Shown here one piece after another: positions 11,475-24,560 of a stretch of DNA of 64,000 nucleotides. The position numbers and the translations under genes are program-made. The notes under the pieces were generated by a model, which made no database searches, had not been told where the DNA came from, and saw only the letters and a program-made list of their open reading frames with translations. This stretch comes from Octopus vulgaris (lineage: Eukaryota): contig OX597816.1 in NCBI GenBank assembly GCA_951406725.2, positions 49,600,001 to 49,664,000 of the forward strand, read 5' to 3'. Each line of letters opens with the position of its first letter. The first letter of the stretch is position 1.

Positions 11475-12788
11475 ACTCTGCTTGATGAAAAACCATGTTC
11501 AGTTCCTTTATGCACCATATTTTCAAATAGATATTGGCGTCAAATGTTGGTACAAGATCAGCAAGTTGGAGAGGGTTAAGTCGATTACATCAACCCAGTG
11601 GTCCACTGGTATTCATTTTATCGACCCCGAAATGGTGAATGTCAAAGTCGAACTCATGGATATCAGGTTGAAATAATACTGAAGTGCTGCACCAACATAG
11701 ATGTAATCTAATGACTGAAATAGGTTCAAATACTAAGGGCGGCGAGCTGGCAGAGACGTTAGCACGTCAGGCGAAATGCTTAGCGGTATTTTGTCTGCCG
11801 CTACGTTCTGCGTTCAAATTCCGGTGAGGTCGACTTTGCCTTTCATCCTTTCGGGGTCGATTAATAAGTACCAGTTGCGATCTGGGGTCGATATAATCGA
11901 CTTAATCCATTTGTCTGTCATAGTTTGTCCTCTCTGTGTTTAGCCCCTTGTGGGTAGTAAAGAAATAAGAATTTCGTCTGCCGCTACGTTCTCAGTTCAA
12001 ATTCCGTCGAGGTCGACTTTGCCTTTCATTCTTTCGGGATCGATTAATAAGTACCAGTTGCGATCTGGGGTCGATATAATCGACTTAATCCATTTGTATG
12101 TCATAGTTTGTCCTCTCTGTGTTTAGCCCCTTGTGGGTAGTAAAAAATAGGTATTTCGTCTGTCGTTGTGTTCTGAGTTCAAAATCTGCCGAGGTCGACT
12201 TTGCCTTTCATCCTTTCGGGATCGATTAATAAGTACCAGTTGCGATCTGGGGTCGATATAATCGACTTAATCCATTTGTCTGTCATAGTTTGTCCTCTCT
12301 GTGTTTAGCCCCTTGTGGGCAGTAAAGAAATGGGTATTTCGTCTGTCGTTAGGTTCTGAGTTCAAAATCTGCCGAGGTCGACTTTGCCTTTCATCCTTTC
12401 GGGGTCGATAAATTAAGTACCAGTTACGTACTGGGGTCGATATAATCGACTTAATCCGTTTGTCTTTCCTTGTTTGTCCCTCTGTGTGGAGCCCCTTGTG
12501 GGCAGTAAAGAAATATGAAATAGTTTCAAATGTTAGCGTGATTATCAAACGCTCTATTTTTATTCGATAGCACTGGAATCCTGTTCCCTTTAAATAAAAC
12601 TCTTCTTCTTCTTCTTCTTCTTCTTCTTCTTCTTCTTCTTCTTCTTCTTCTTCTTCTTCTTCTTCTTCTTCTTCTTCATTTCGCGTTTTACATCATCAAC
12701 ATAGCTGGGTAATCATCATATTTTATTAGCACCGACAAGTAAAGAATATCATGCACTGAAGGACAATTGTAAAGACGGCGGACTGGTC
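11019..12788. repeat. Inverted repeat pair, each about 110 bp unique sequence plus a GAA/TTC tract (11019-11200 and 12601-12788)
   Basis: gaccagt...tctttacaattgtccttcagtgcatga...aaaacgcgaaatgaagaa(gaa)n versus (ttc)n ttcatttcgcgtttta...tcatgcactgaaggacaattgtaaaga...actggtc. Confidence 0.9.
11737..12513 (+). mobile_element. tRNA-derived SINE (Meta-domain-like core) with its body tandemly repeated four times
   Basis: One head ggcggcgagctggcagagacgttagc, then four units of about 182 bp containing gtcgactttgcctttcatcctttcggggtcgat...taagtaccagt. Confidence 0.88.
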
Positions 12789-13563
12789 TACTCAGTAACT
12801 TTTAAAACACAGTAGTTTTAGAAAATCTAGTTTAGGTTAGCTTTCCAATTCATAGATCGCTTACTACCTGGTAAAGTTAACAATTTATTTTAGTTTATCG
12901 ATTTTTCAAAAATCTGTATCACTTCAAGTGATAATACTATGGACGTTAAATTAATTGAATTGTAAAAAATATATATACATCAGTCCGAATTATTTTGTTG
13001 AAACGTGTTAAGAGAATTTCACTGAACCATAAATATTGTATTAACGTAGTGTCAAAAACAAAGAGAGGGAGGAACAGAGAAAGAAATCAATACAGTATTC
13101 AAGTAACACATTAAAGTTAAGATATTTTAAGAATATGACATGGCAGAAATATTTTGTTTTTTCTATGATATGTAACACATGGGAAATATGAGGTGCTATA
13201 TATATGAACTAAAATTATAATTTAAATGTGATACTTGGCAAACACATTGTGAGTGCTGCATTTAAAATATACAGTTTGGCTTTAAAGAATAATGAGGAAT
13301 TGAAAATGGTAGAGCATATTGAAAATATGACTAAAGAAACTTATTGTCATTGAAGCCCGTTATTGTAAATATTAAGCATCAGAACACAATAAAATATGTA
13401 GCCAATGGAGCCGCTAACTATTCTAACTCTCCAGTTTCAAAGAAAGGAATTAGTAAAAGAGAAGTAGCAGTTCTAGGTACATTGCATATGGAAAAAAAAT
13501 GAAACAGGTTGGATGGTCATATATGAAAGTGCTTTTATTATAAATATGCTTTATTTGAGATAG

Positions 13564-13795
13564 TGGAGGCGCGTGGATTAGTGGTTAGGGTGTCAGCATC
13601 ATGATCGTAAGATTGTGGTTTCAATTCCTGGACCGGGCGACGCGTTCTGTTCTTGAGCAAAACACTTCATTTCACGTTGCTCCAGTCCACTCAGCTAGCA
13701 CAAAATTAGTAACGCTGCGATGGACTAGAACCCATATGCCCTAGAAACCGGGAAACCGGGCCCATGAGCCTAGCTAGACTTTAAAAGGGCACATT
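13564..13795 (+). mobile_element. tRNA-derived SINE (V/CORE-like body)
   Basis: ggaggcgcgtggattagtggttagg A box, ggtttcaattcc B box, body tgttcttgagcaaaacactt...gctccagtccactcagct...gaaaccgggaaaccgggccc. Related minus-strand fragments at about 48200-48292 and 55660-55800. Confidence 0.8.
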
Positions 13796-15174
13796 TCTTT
13801 TTATTAAATATTATTTGAGATATGGGACAAGAACGAAACAAGAGCTAGAACATAACACAGATTTGAAAAATATTATTCGATTTGTGTGAGAATGATACAA
13901 CACATAAAAATGTAAGTATAAGAATATATATATTAAGTATTATATCATATGTATTATTAGTTAGCATAGACGTGTATGTTTCATTGATTATGAAATTTCG
14001 TATTTAGAATACTGATTATTGTTCTATAAACTTTATTTGGCTCGTTACTGTCGATTTCACAGATATTGACAGAAGTTCAGTTCAGATTTCAAATTAAAAT
14101 TACTGACTTTTTCTCAAGAGAAATGTTTATGAGAATTGGTGTCAATTGTTTCCATCGCAATTTCAAAGAATAATGTTCTCTGTTTGAAGCCTGTAGCAAG
14201 AAGTTTTAATGTTGTCTTTTTGTGTGCTACCACAAGCTGTGTGATATTCTTCATTGAAGCATGATCTAACCACGGCGGACACATTCTCATTTAAAAGGTA
14301 TTGTAAACTGTATGATTTCAAGGGTGTGGAACAGTTAAGGAAAAAAATAAATAACAAGGATATTTCATGTAATTTGTCGAAGCACGATATTTTAAATAAC
14401 AGCGTGATTTTAATTGAAATATTGATCGGCAAAGAGCAAAACAATCCTAGTCTGGGCCATGTTTGGAATCATATTTTATATAATATCAACTTCATGAGAT
14501 CTGCCATTCTGATAGTGAAATCATTCAGTAGAAGCAAGAAAAAGACTGGAGGAGAAAACGAAACGGAGAGGGAGTGTGAAAGAGGAAATTCCAAAATTAT
14601 GATCGCAATGTTAACGCCAACATATGCGGTGTGTATAAAACAGTTAAGAGCATAAAAATTTTAATATGATAAACTTCTGAATATATGTAGCGGTTCAGGT
14701 GGGAATTTTAATTTGTGTTATAAACTACAAATTTCATTGACATTTTCTTTAAATGAATAATGATATCAATTAAATAAAAGCATGCCAGAATTACTCTCAT
14801 AATTCACTCCTGGCATAAAATACAACTAACTTCCAAGTTATAGGGAAAAATATGTTTTTAATATCATTTACAAATTTATGATAGCTTTATGTATATAGAA
14901 TTGCAGGCATGATTTATGAAGATTTTAATATTCATATTGAGAGTACCATAGTCTTTTATTGAGTTTCTATTATTACAGGCCTTGAAAAATTGGGGTATTT
15001 TCAAGGTACAATGTAAAACTGTTCAGTATAGAACTTTATTCGTTGTTTTTAGAACAGTTGCTTTGTCGATACATTGAAGCGGAGGAATCACAACAAAGTA
15101 CGTTTATAGAAATACGTTTCGCAAGACATATAAGGATATGTACACATAAACATAGAAAGTAAGCATAACACGCA

Positions 15175-15233
<59 letters not shown>

Positions 15234-15239
15234 TGCAGT

Positions 15240-15792
15240 GGTTGAAACAAAGGAACAGCGTGCTTCCGTGAAATTTTTTTTCCTGCTGGGAAAAAACGGC
15301 GACCAAAAGAGTTGTCATGCTTCAAACAGCTCACAAGGAGGCTTTGCCATGAGCAAAGCATCAGTTTACGAGTGGTTTTCACGCTCTAGGAATAGTCACT
15401 TGTCACTTGAAGACCAACTTCATTTAGGGTGACCGTCGATCTCCCGAACTAATGAAAACGTGAAAATCCCTGAACTGAACTTGGAGGAAAAAATCAAAAG
15501 CAGTCACGGCTGAATGTGTGTAGTGAACTGAAAAACATTTGGAAGTTAATCCGGACCTATTGTCGAAGGTCATCACTGGTGACGAAAGCTGGTGCTACGG
15601 AATTTCCTGATGTGGAAGTGCCGAAGAAAAAACCACGGGTGTGTTAAAAAGCATCACTTTCCAAGAGCTCCAGTAATGCTTCAAACAGTGGAGAACTTCA
15701 AATGGAAAACTACGCGAAAGGTGTAAATATGTAAGACTCAGTGAATAAAATAATACTGTAAAATTTCAGTTTCGTTTGAGGAGCCTCTCGTA
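15240..15792 (+). mobile_element. Decayed mariner transposase remnant
   Basis: EQRASVKFFFLLGK and VYEWFSR (HTH region), then VITGDESWCY (first catalytic D) near 15570-15600. Confidence 0.8.
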
Positions 15793-16145
15793 TACAAAAA
15801 TTGATAGAGAGGAACGGGTAAGATCCAGGCTACATAAGTCTCGTAGCTAGCTGATCCCCTGATGTAATAATTACTCAGTGAGATATACTCAACTTTGCTA
15901 CTCATTCAACTTATGAAGTTTCTTCGTACTTCGATATAGGAAAGAGTGTGTAACATTTGATATGCGATGGTAATAAATTTTTATTCTTCTTGATATTATA
16001 TTGTCCACATTTTGCATTCTATACCGGTCAGGTATATTACACCAAGATACACATCTATACATCCATGCACATATATGTACATACATATCTATCTATTTAT
16101 CTATCAATCAGTCTGTCTGTCTGTCTGTCTATAGATTTACGTATA

Positions 16146-16208
<63 letters not shown>

Positions 16209-16576
16209 ATGCATAACGATATACTCACACTGGTAAGTGTACGAAGAAGTCAAAAGAAAACATCACAAAATTTTCGAGCTAAATTTTTTTCTTAAGAGCT
16301 TTGTAACCACTAGTTAGTACGTAAATCGACGCCTAGAGTCACGACATATCCCTAAGACATCCGATGTGTCCGTGATAATATCATTACTAAGAAGAACATA
16401 TCACGTCTCGCCTATAACCAAGCTACTAGAGATGGAAATGAGCAAAATAAATTCAACAGTAACAGATATTCTAGGAAGTAAGAGAGCGAGCTATAAAAGA
16501 ATACGGACACAAACATGATACAATAAAGATAAAAAAGTGATATATAATTAAATGCGTAATCCACTTATAAAATGTA

Positions 16577-17156
16577 TTGATATGTCCGGAAAGTTCATGC
16601 CGATTTATAGTAGCTTACATTTCGACTTATTTTAGAACACGGTTGAGTCCATAAAATATGATTTGACTACACCTCCATTTAGAGCACAGTTTAGGGTTAT
16701 CTTTAGGCTATCTTTTCATGGAAGAAGATTTATGTTCCTATAACCTGTGTTAATTCCGTAAGACTTTGAAATGGAAGATAAGAAAGTTCATTTTCGGCAC
16801 TTGATGCTTTGGGAACCTGACAAAAATTGCTGCAGCTCGGATGGGATGTGTTACTCCACCCTTCATATTCACCGGATAGTGCTCCTTCAGATTTCTACTT
16901 ATTCAGGTCTTTGCATATTCAGGTCTTAATGGTAAAAAATATCAATTCCTTGGATGACGTAAAAAGATACCTTGATGAAATCTTTGCCATGAAACCACAT
17001 CAATTCTGGGAAGAGGGTATTTTCAAGTTAAAGGAAAGATGGAGACGCATTGTGCAACAAAATGGTTCATATTTAGTTGATCAAAAATGTAATGGCAAGT
17101 ATTTATTGACCTTTTCTTCCCTTTAAAAATCGGCACGAACTTTCCGGACAACCTAA
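16577..17156 (+). mobile_element. Internally deleted mariner element (580 bp)
   Basis: TA flanks. TIRs tgtccggaaagttcatgccgattt and aaatcggcacgaactttccggaca. N-terminus MEDKKVHFRHLMLWE is joined directly to the C-terminal GWDVLLHPSYSPDSAPSDFYLFRSL. Confidence 0.92.
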
Positions 17157-17810
17157 TATTATGTGAATAATTTACATAATAAGCATGGAAGAAATGATTA
17201 CGTCATTCAAATCTTATATACCGAAACACAAGTACGTCAGTAAGTATATTCTGATACTAAGAATACAATGCAAAATACTAAAAGCAAAAGTCTTTTTCAG
17301 TAGTACATCTCAAGGATGTAAACCCCAAAACAAATTATTAATGACCAAGTTAATTTACAAAGCTCGATTTTAGAATCAAATGTAAACTTCGTGGATATAG
17401 CTGTTATAGTTGCCAAATTAATACAATTTCTCAGAGGCTTAGAATGCATTTACAACACTGAGCATTCATACAACATATTTAAGCGTAAAACCTGAGTATA
17501 ATTGGCAATCAGATGGTAATGTGCATATATGGTAATGTGGTATATGGTAATGTGGTATATGGTAATGTGCATATATATACTTTAGATGGTAATGTGCATA
17601 TATAAAAGAAGAATAGAAACACGACCACTATCAAATACCTATGTTAAATCCATTCCATGTCTTGAAGATGAGATTGTAAAGGAATGGAAACTTCGAAAAT
17701 GAATCTGGAAACTTTACTGTTCCAAACTAACTGCAAAAGACTGCTTGTAAATGGAAGAAACAATATGTTATAATGAAGAGAGAAATGACATGGTCGACAT
17801 TTTAACGAAA

Positions 17811-17881
<71 letters not shown>

Positions 17882-18056
17882 TATATTGAAATTACGATGA
17901 ACGTAAACAAAGAAACGAAGTTTGCTTTAGAAGCGTTCAGATGTCTGAGAAAGTTAAAGAGATGATTTTAATTCCTCAAATACAGGATATTGCTAACAAT
18001 AAAGCCGAACAGGATGAGCTACCCCTATTTTGCAGAAAGAAAGCGTTGGCGGCCGG

Positions 18057-18094
<38 letters not shown>

Positions 18095-18579
18095 CGTTTA
18101 GTGGATAGAGGCTGCTCTTTCACAGGGATGTATTTTATCCAAGTGTACACCGGTTTAGCTCCATATCGATTAATGTACTTTGGATTTCATTAATTTGTGT
18201 TAGTATTAGTGTTAACGCTTAAGAAGTTCCAGTTGTCGCTATAGAAGTTTTCATCCTTTCGATATAGGAAAACAGAATTTCAATAATATGATATAATGGA
18301 GAGTTTAAACAGAAAAAAAATTAATTTGTTTATATAATATCGCCTACGTGCGTTTCAGTTTCTTAGCTCCGTTCATATTTTTCAATTAAGATAGCACTAC
18401 GCATTTAAAAGATAAAAATTTCTTCAGAGTTTCAATTTTAGCCCTGAAGAGATTTTAATTGCAAAATATGAATGAAGGTAAGTTATTGAAATGTACGTAT
18501 GCGATATGAAGTTGACTATTATATAAATAAATTGATTTTTTTCTATGTTCAAACTCTCCGTTTTCCTTATATTATGCAT

Positions 18580-18591
18580 ATACATACATAC

Positions 18592-18649
<58 letters not shown>

Positions 18650-18661
18650 ATGTATATATAT

Positions 18662-18692
<31 letters not shown>

Positions 18693-18697
18693 CATAC

Positions 18698-18776
<79 letters not shown>

Positions 18777-18900
18777 CATATATATATTCACACAAACATG
18801 CTCATTCATAGATATGTATGTGTACACGTGTATATATATATATACACACACATATATATGTATATATATATACATATATATATGAATGTATATATGTAAA
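18580..18900. repeat. (TA)n/(TACA)n compound microsatellite, representative of many in the window
   Basis: Similar tracts at about 17813, 19200, 31890, 32370, 39960, 48350, 57180 and 61585. Confidence 0.95.
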
Positions 18901-19200
18901 TAAGAAGATAAACAGAAGTAGACATGAAGAGTAAATTTATATTGAATAAAAATACAAAAATTAGAATACAAACTAAAGAAATGGAGTCGTGTAATAGTCT
19001 TATCGTGAAAGCTGTTCTGAGTGAACCATGGCTTACATAGCCATGTTCTTTACATTGCAAAAATACCTTAATATCATATATGCATGGAAGAACTGGAGTT
19101 CCTGTGTGTCCATCACCGGCAGCAGAAGAAAGTGGTTAAAACTGTATTTAATGATAGTGTTTAGAAATACACACACATACACACGTACACAAAAACACAC

Positions 19201-19259
<59 letters not shown>

Positions 19260-19716
19260 CATTTCACATATATATATATATACATATATATTTCCGTATA
19301 CATACACCCACACACACATTCACACACCCACACACTTATATATATACATGCATGTATTGATGAGAGGGAGAATTGTTCTAAACGAGTTACTGCACTGACT
19401 ATGTAAATTAGATAAGCAATATATGTCTATATTTGTATGCGATACGTTATCAGTATAGCTAATCAGAAGTCATTGCCTGAACAAGATTTTCCATGTATTT
19501 TTGTAGTGAAATTTATCGTGCATGTAAGGTGCAAGCTTTGAAACGATTTATAACGAATATTGAATCTACAATTATCTTCACTTAGTATCTTCTTTTTTAG
19601 TACTGAGCACCCCGAATATAAGGTGGAGCCTCATGTTTTAAACATCAAGTTAGAAATATTTCCATCTATATCTACTTATCTATTTTCTCTCTCTCTCTCT
19701 TTCTCTCTCTATCTAT

Positions 19717-19752
<36 letters not shown>

Positions 19753-21014
19753 GTATATATATATACATACATGGTTATACAGATATGTAGGTATGAATGC
19801 ATATATATACATATGCAGGTACATATAAGCACACACACATACGCACATACACACACGCACACACACACGCAATATTTATATACGCCATACATATGCACAA
19901 ACGTTTATAACAATTGTTTGTATGTACCGTTGTGCATGAACATTTATATGTAATTTCTTAGAGTGAATAATTGTATATGGGTGTGGACATGCGCACAGGC
20001 ACAAACATAGATACACGCACACAGAGGAAGATAGATAGATTTAGAGTCAAATGTATACATATATGCTTGTGATTACACCTGTACTTGTGTAAACTAAATT
20101 AATTGCGTAAATAGCTATAAAATTTCTAAACTTTGATGCGTTCTTTAAGTATTCAACTATAGTGGTATTTTTTTAAAGTTATTAGGTGAATCCATTTTAT
20201 CTCATAGGATTTGTTTTAAAATTCTGAGTTTTTCTCGTTTCTTACTATCTATGGTTCATTCAACCAATAAAATAATCAATAAAGTTACATGTTTCACAGA
20301 TTTTGTCTGTTATATCACGCAATACAGTGTTCTGTCTTTTCATAAATTGTGGGAATAAAGTTAGTAAAATTGAACAAAGCAAGCTTACCGTTCAAAGATG
20401 CATAACATGAAATCAATTTTCTGTTTTTAGTGAAAACTCCACAACAAAAGATACAACTGGAAACTAATTTGAATGAATGCAGGGAGAAAAAAAAATTAAA
20501 AAAAGTCCACGCAATAAAGTAATGAGAAAAGGTACACGGAAAACTAAAATGTATAAATGATAAACAAAAGTTGAGAAAGTGAAAAATAAGTGGAACCCTA
20601 TTTCTTAATACTTCTTTACAAATTATACGATCGTTTTATTCAATGTCAGTAACATCTGAACTGATTACTCAACAGCTGTAAGTGAATTGTTTCACTGAAT
20701 GGCATAATGATAATAAGAAATGTTCTTTCTTCTAAAGGCACAAGGCCTGAAGTTACAAGGGAGGTAACTAGTCGTTGATATCGGGCTCAGTGCACTCCTG
20801 AGAATTATTCATTCCGAGAGGATGTAAGCCTAAGTAAGCTACACCAGAACTGGGACTCAGTACGTGATGCTCGTCAAAATGACGCTAAGTAATTTGTCCA
20901 GCGTGCTAAACATTCTGGAACTTCGCCGCCTTAGTAATAATAATCATGATGATAACAAAACCAACAACAACAACAACAACAATAATAATAATAATAATAA
21001 TAATAATCATAACA

Positions 21015-21047
<33 letters not shown>

Positions 21048-21057
21048 ATCATAATAA

Positions 21058-21154
<97 letters not shown>

Positions 21155-21169
21155 AATAATAATAATAAT

Positions 21170-21704
21170 AAATGCCCTGATGCAGTACCAGACAGTGGCT
21201 CTCATGGCTTCTGAACTTAACTGATTGGAAGTGCTATCATTGTATTGTTTTGTCTTGGTATCAAAGATGGGCTGCTCAATACCACAGATTTGCTTGTCAG
21301 TTGTTTGACCTTAACCAGTTGACCTTAGCGGCTGACGATATGTGCATCTCTGATCATGAGCAGAAGTAGTGGGGGTGTATCATAGCCGTGTGTTGAAAGG
21401 AATTCTTAGAGGTTTGGATAATTCACCTGTAGAAACGTGGGTGGTTCGTTCAACATCCTTAAAAATCCTTATTCAGGAACCTATTGAGCGGGATGGGCTA
21501 TTCGACCAGAGGAAAATTCTAACTGGGCCCCACCTGCAAGGTCATGTGCTGTTTATCTTGATATGAGATCACCAAGTCGCGCACATTTGTTTGTGATGCC
21601 GCTGTCTGGTGCACCCTTATCAGACAGGCAGTCACGATGGGTATACTGAGTGTCTTATATTTTACCCCAGTGTCACTTTGATGGCATGCGCGCTCTCTCA
21701 CTCA
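21170..21704 (+). mobile_element. Non-coding interspersed repeat of about 530 bp embedded in (AAT)n
   Basis: Flanked on both sides by AAT tracts. A second, shorter copy at 41281-41685 shares the right end ...ttttaccccagtgtcactttga...ctctctcactc. Orientation is inferred. Confidence 0.75.
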
Positions 21705-21721
21705 ATAATAATAACAACAAC

Positions 21722-21777
<56 letters not shown>

Positions 21778-22829
21778 TAATAATAATAATAATAATAATA
21801 ATGGTAAAAATAGCGCCAGCCTTGACGGCAGCTAGACATGTTCTTCGCTGCTCCGACCAATCACCTACCGAAGACACAAAAGCTAATACAATCCAGTAGG
21901 AGAACGGGAAAATAACTCTCAAAGACTGGAATATCTACAATTTCCTGTGAGTTGAGGAACTTACATATCTACAGTTTTCGAACACACAAACGATCAGCTT
22001 TAAAAACTTTTATATCTACAACTTCTGTGAATACCTATCCTTTTCGAAAATGTAAAAATCTTTTTTATTCTACGAACACTGCAGTTTTCTCTGTTCGGAC
22101 ATACAAATGATCATTTTTAGTAAATTTTGCAAACTTTAATATCTACAGCTGTGAAAAATTTACCCTCCTTTTCTTTCATTTCCTTTCTCCCTGAGTATTT
22201 GAAAATGTAAACATCCTTTTTATTGCAAGAGCTCCACAGTCTTCTCTGATCGGACATACAAACGAGCATCTCTAGATAATCTAAAGAATTTAATATCTAC
22301 AATTTTACATTATTTATATTTGACAGATATTTGCAGACCGATTGTAGATATGAATATCATATGGGAAACGGTACTAAAGTAGGATAGGAAAATATTAGGC
22401 ATATGGCCTAGTGGTTAATAGCGCGGGCTACTTAAGCCAAGATTCTGAGTTCGATTCCAGCCGAAACAAATATCCGTCAACTGCAAATAAAGTAAATAAC
22501 GTTCATAATTCCCTGTCTCTCAAATATGGAACTGTATTATCTACAAGTTTAATCTTTCTTTTCTCCCTGACTACCCTAATATTGAAACAACACAATAAAA
22601 TGCACGAAAAAAAAATTAAATAACTGAGGCGGTAATCACCTGCTAATATATACAAACTGCAACATTACAAAAAACTGTAAGCCACATCAAAACCTATGAA
22701 AAGAAAAGAAAAGAATTTCGAAATTCAAAAACTCAATGATGTGAATATCAGTGCGTGTGTATATATATATCTATATATTATTATTAATATTCTTATTATT
22801 ATGCCATTATTATTATTTCTTTCTTCATA

Positions 22830-24050
22830 TTTTCTTCCGTTTCTCGCCGAGTGTTTGCCGTACACTTAGGGTACATTGTATGCATTCCCCGATTACACAC
22901 GCAAATTCACAGGTAAAATATGTATTTAAAAAATAAATAAATTCATAAATGGATGTTGTTTTCACAGCGATAATGCTCTTCTCAGTAAATGAGCCATTCC
23001 ACTTAACACGATTTTTTGCACTTCCTGTAGGGATGGTAAGCCTGCTATCGTTTTCAAATAGGTTTCAGTACCTTTTTTATTTAATAATTCCTAGCGATTC
23101 TACAATCACTGGTGCTGTAGTCGCCTTGAGATGCCACATTTTTTCAGTTTCTATTAGTAAGTCTTTATCTTTACTGATCTTGTCAAATTCTTTCGCCCCT
23201 ATATTGAGATCGCAAGGAATGCTCACGTCAATTAATAAACACACCTTTTTTGTCTAGTCTTTTATAATAAAATCCGGTTTATTAGCTTTTATAGTTTTGT
23301 CGGTATATACGGGGAAGTCCCATAGAATCGACACATTTTCTCCCTCAGTCACAGCTTCAGGATGGTGTTTATACCATTTGTCAGCGGTTTTGATTTTATA
23401 ATACCGACATATTGTCCAGTGTAAATACTGGCCGACTCTGTCGTGTCTTGCTTTATATTCTACAGGTGCTAAGATTAGGTAGTCTATAGTCTCAATCTCA
23501 TCGTTACAGAATCGGCATTTGGGTCAGCTCCATATTTTATCACATTGGTTTGGTAGTTCTGGGTTAATAAGCTTTTGTCTTGAGCAGCTAATATGAAACC
23601 TTCACTCTCTGCTTTTAGCCCTGAGCTTCGTAACCATTGATGCGTGTGTTTCTGGTAGACATCAGCTTGTTTGCTACGGGCCACATTACTTGTCATGCAG
23701 AGGTCTCTGTTCCCATCTGCTAGCTGATTTTTTCTGTGTTTTGTCTTTGCAATTAATTTTATTTTCTATGCAGCAGCAGTTGGCGCATTTCTTTCAACCT
23801 GATCAATCTGGTAGGTATCTTAGAGATCAGTAGCGAATGTTTTGCTCTCTTTCAGAATAGAGTGAAGTTTTTTCGGTCTTTCGTGTTATTCAACAAGTTT
23901 TAGCATCCAATCGTTGGTTTTTTCAAGGTATTTGGCCAGTCGGATTGTGGTAGTTTCAAGCTAGATCAAGCCTCGACATCCCTGAGCTCTGGGAAGTTAA
24001 AAACGAGCCACGTCTGCCTCTGGATATTACAAGTCAGTAGCTTGCGGATT
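22830..24050 (-). mobile_element. 5'-truncated R4/Dong-type LINE (zinc finger plus restriction-like endonuclease)
   Basis: WLRSSGLKAESEGFILAAQD, CRFC, YKARHDRVGQYLHW, ILWDFPVYTDKTIKANKPDFII, LLIDVSIP. ATT repeats at both ends. Confidence 0.88.
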
Positions 24051-24383
24051 TTATTATTATTATTATTATTTCTATCAGTAATAAAAGATAGAAGAAGATG
24101 AACTGGTTGTTTTCAAGGCCAAGGTCAGCGCTTACCTTGATCGCTAGTAGTAGTAAGCACATTTAAAGAGTGTGAGGCTTTTTTGTCTTCTTATCGCACA
24201 GGAATGTTTATTGCTGACCTCTTCACCATTTGCCGAATCTATTTACTGATCTGTAGATTTTGGTCAATTCATCAAGCTGCTTCTCTTCCTCCTACTATTC
24301 CCTTCAACCGCACGTATTTAGGATTGTCTCAAGTGCAAGACAAACTAAACAACATTTAATGATACCATTTAATAATAAATAGA

Positions 24384-24423
<40 letters not shown>

Positions 24424-24494
24424 GTAATAATAAAAATTATACTAATAATAATAATAATAATTAAAAACAATAAATAATAATAATAATAATAATG

Positions 24495-24559
<65 letters not shown>

Positions 24560-24560
<1 letters not shown>

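Noticed and set aside
18424-19953. Many overlapping ORFs rich in IYIY/CVCV/HTHT (also near 31400-32100, 39770-40300, 57030-57440, 61520-61970)
   Set aside because: They are translations of TA/CA microsatellites that lack stops, with no protein signal.
22399-22470. tRNA-like sequence with A and B boxes
   Set aside because: There is no acceptor-stem pairing. It looks like a SINE head rather than a tRNA gene, as do the other tRNA-like heads in the window.
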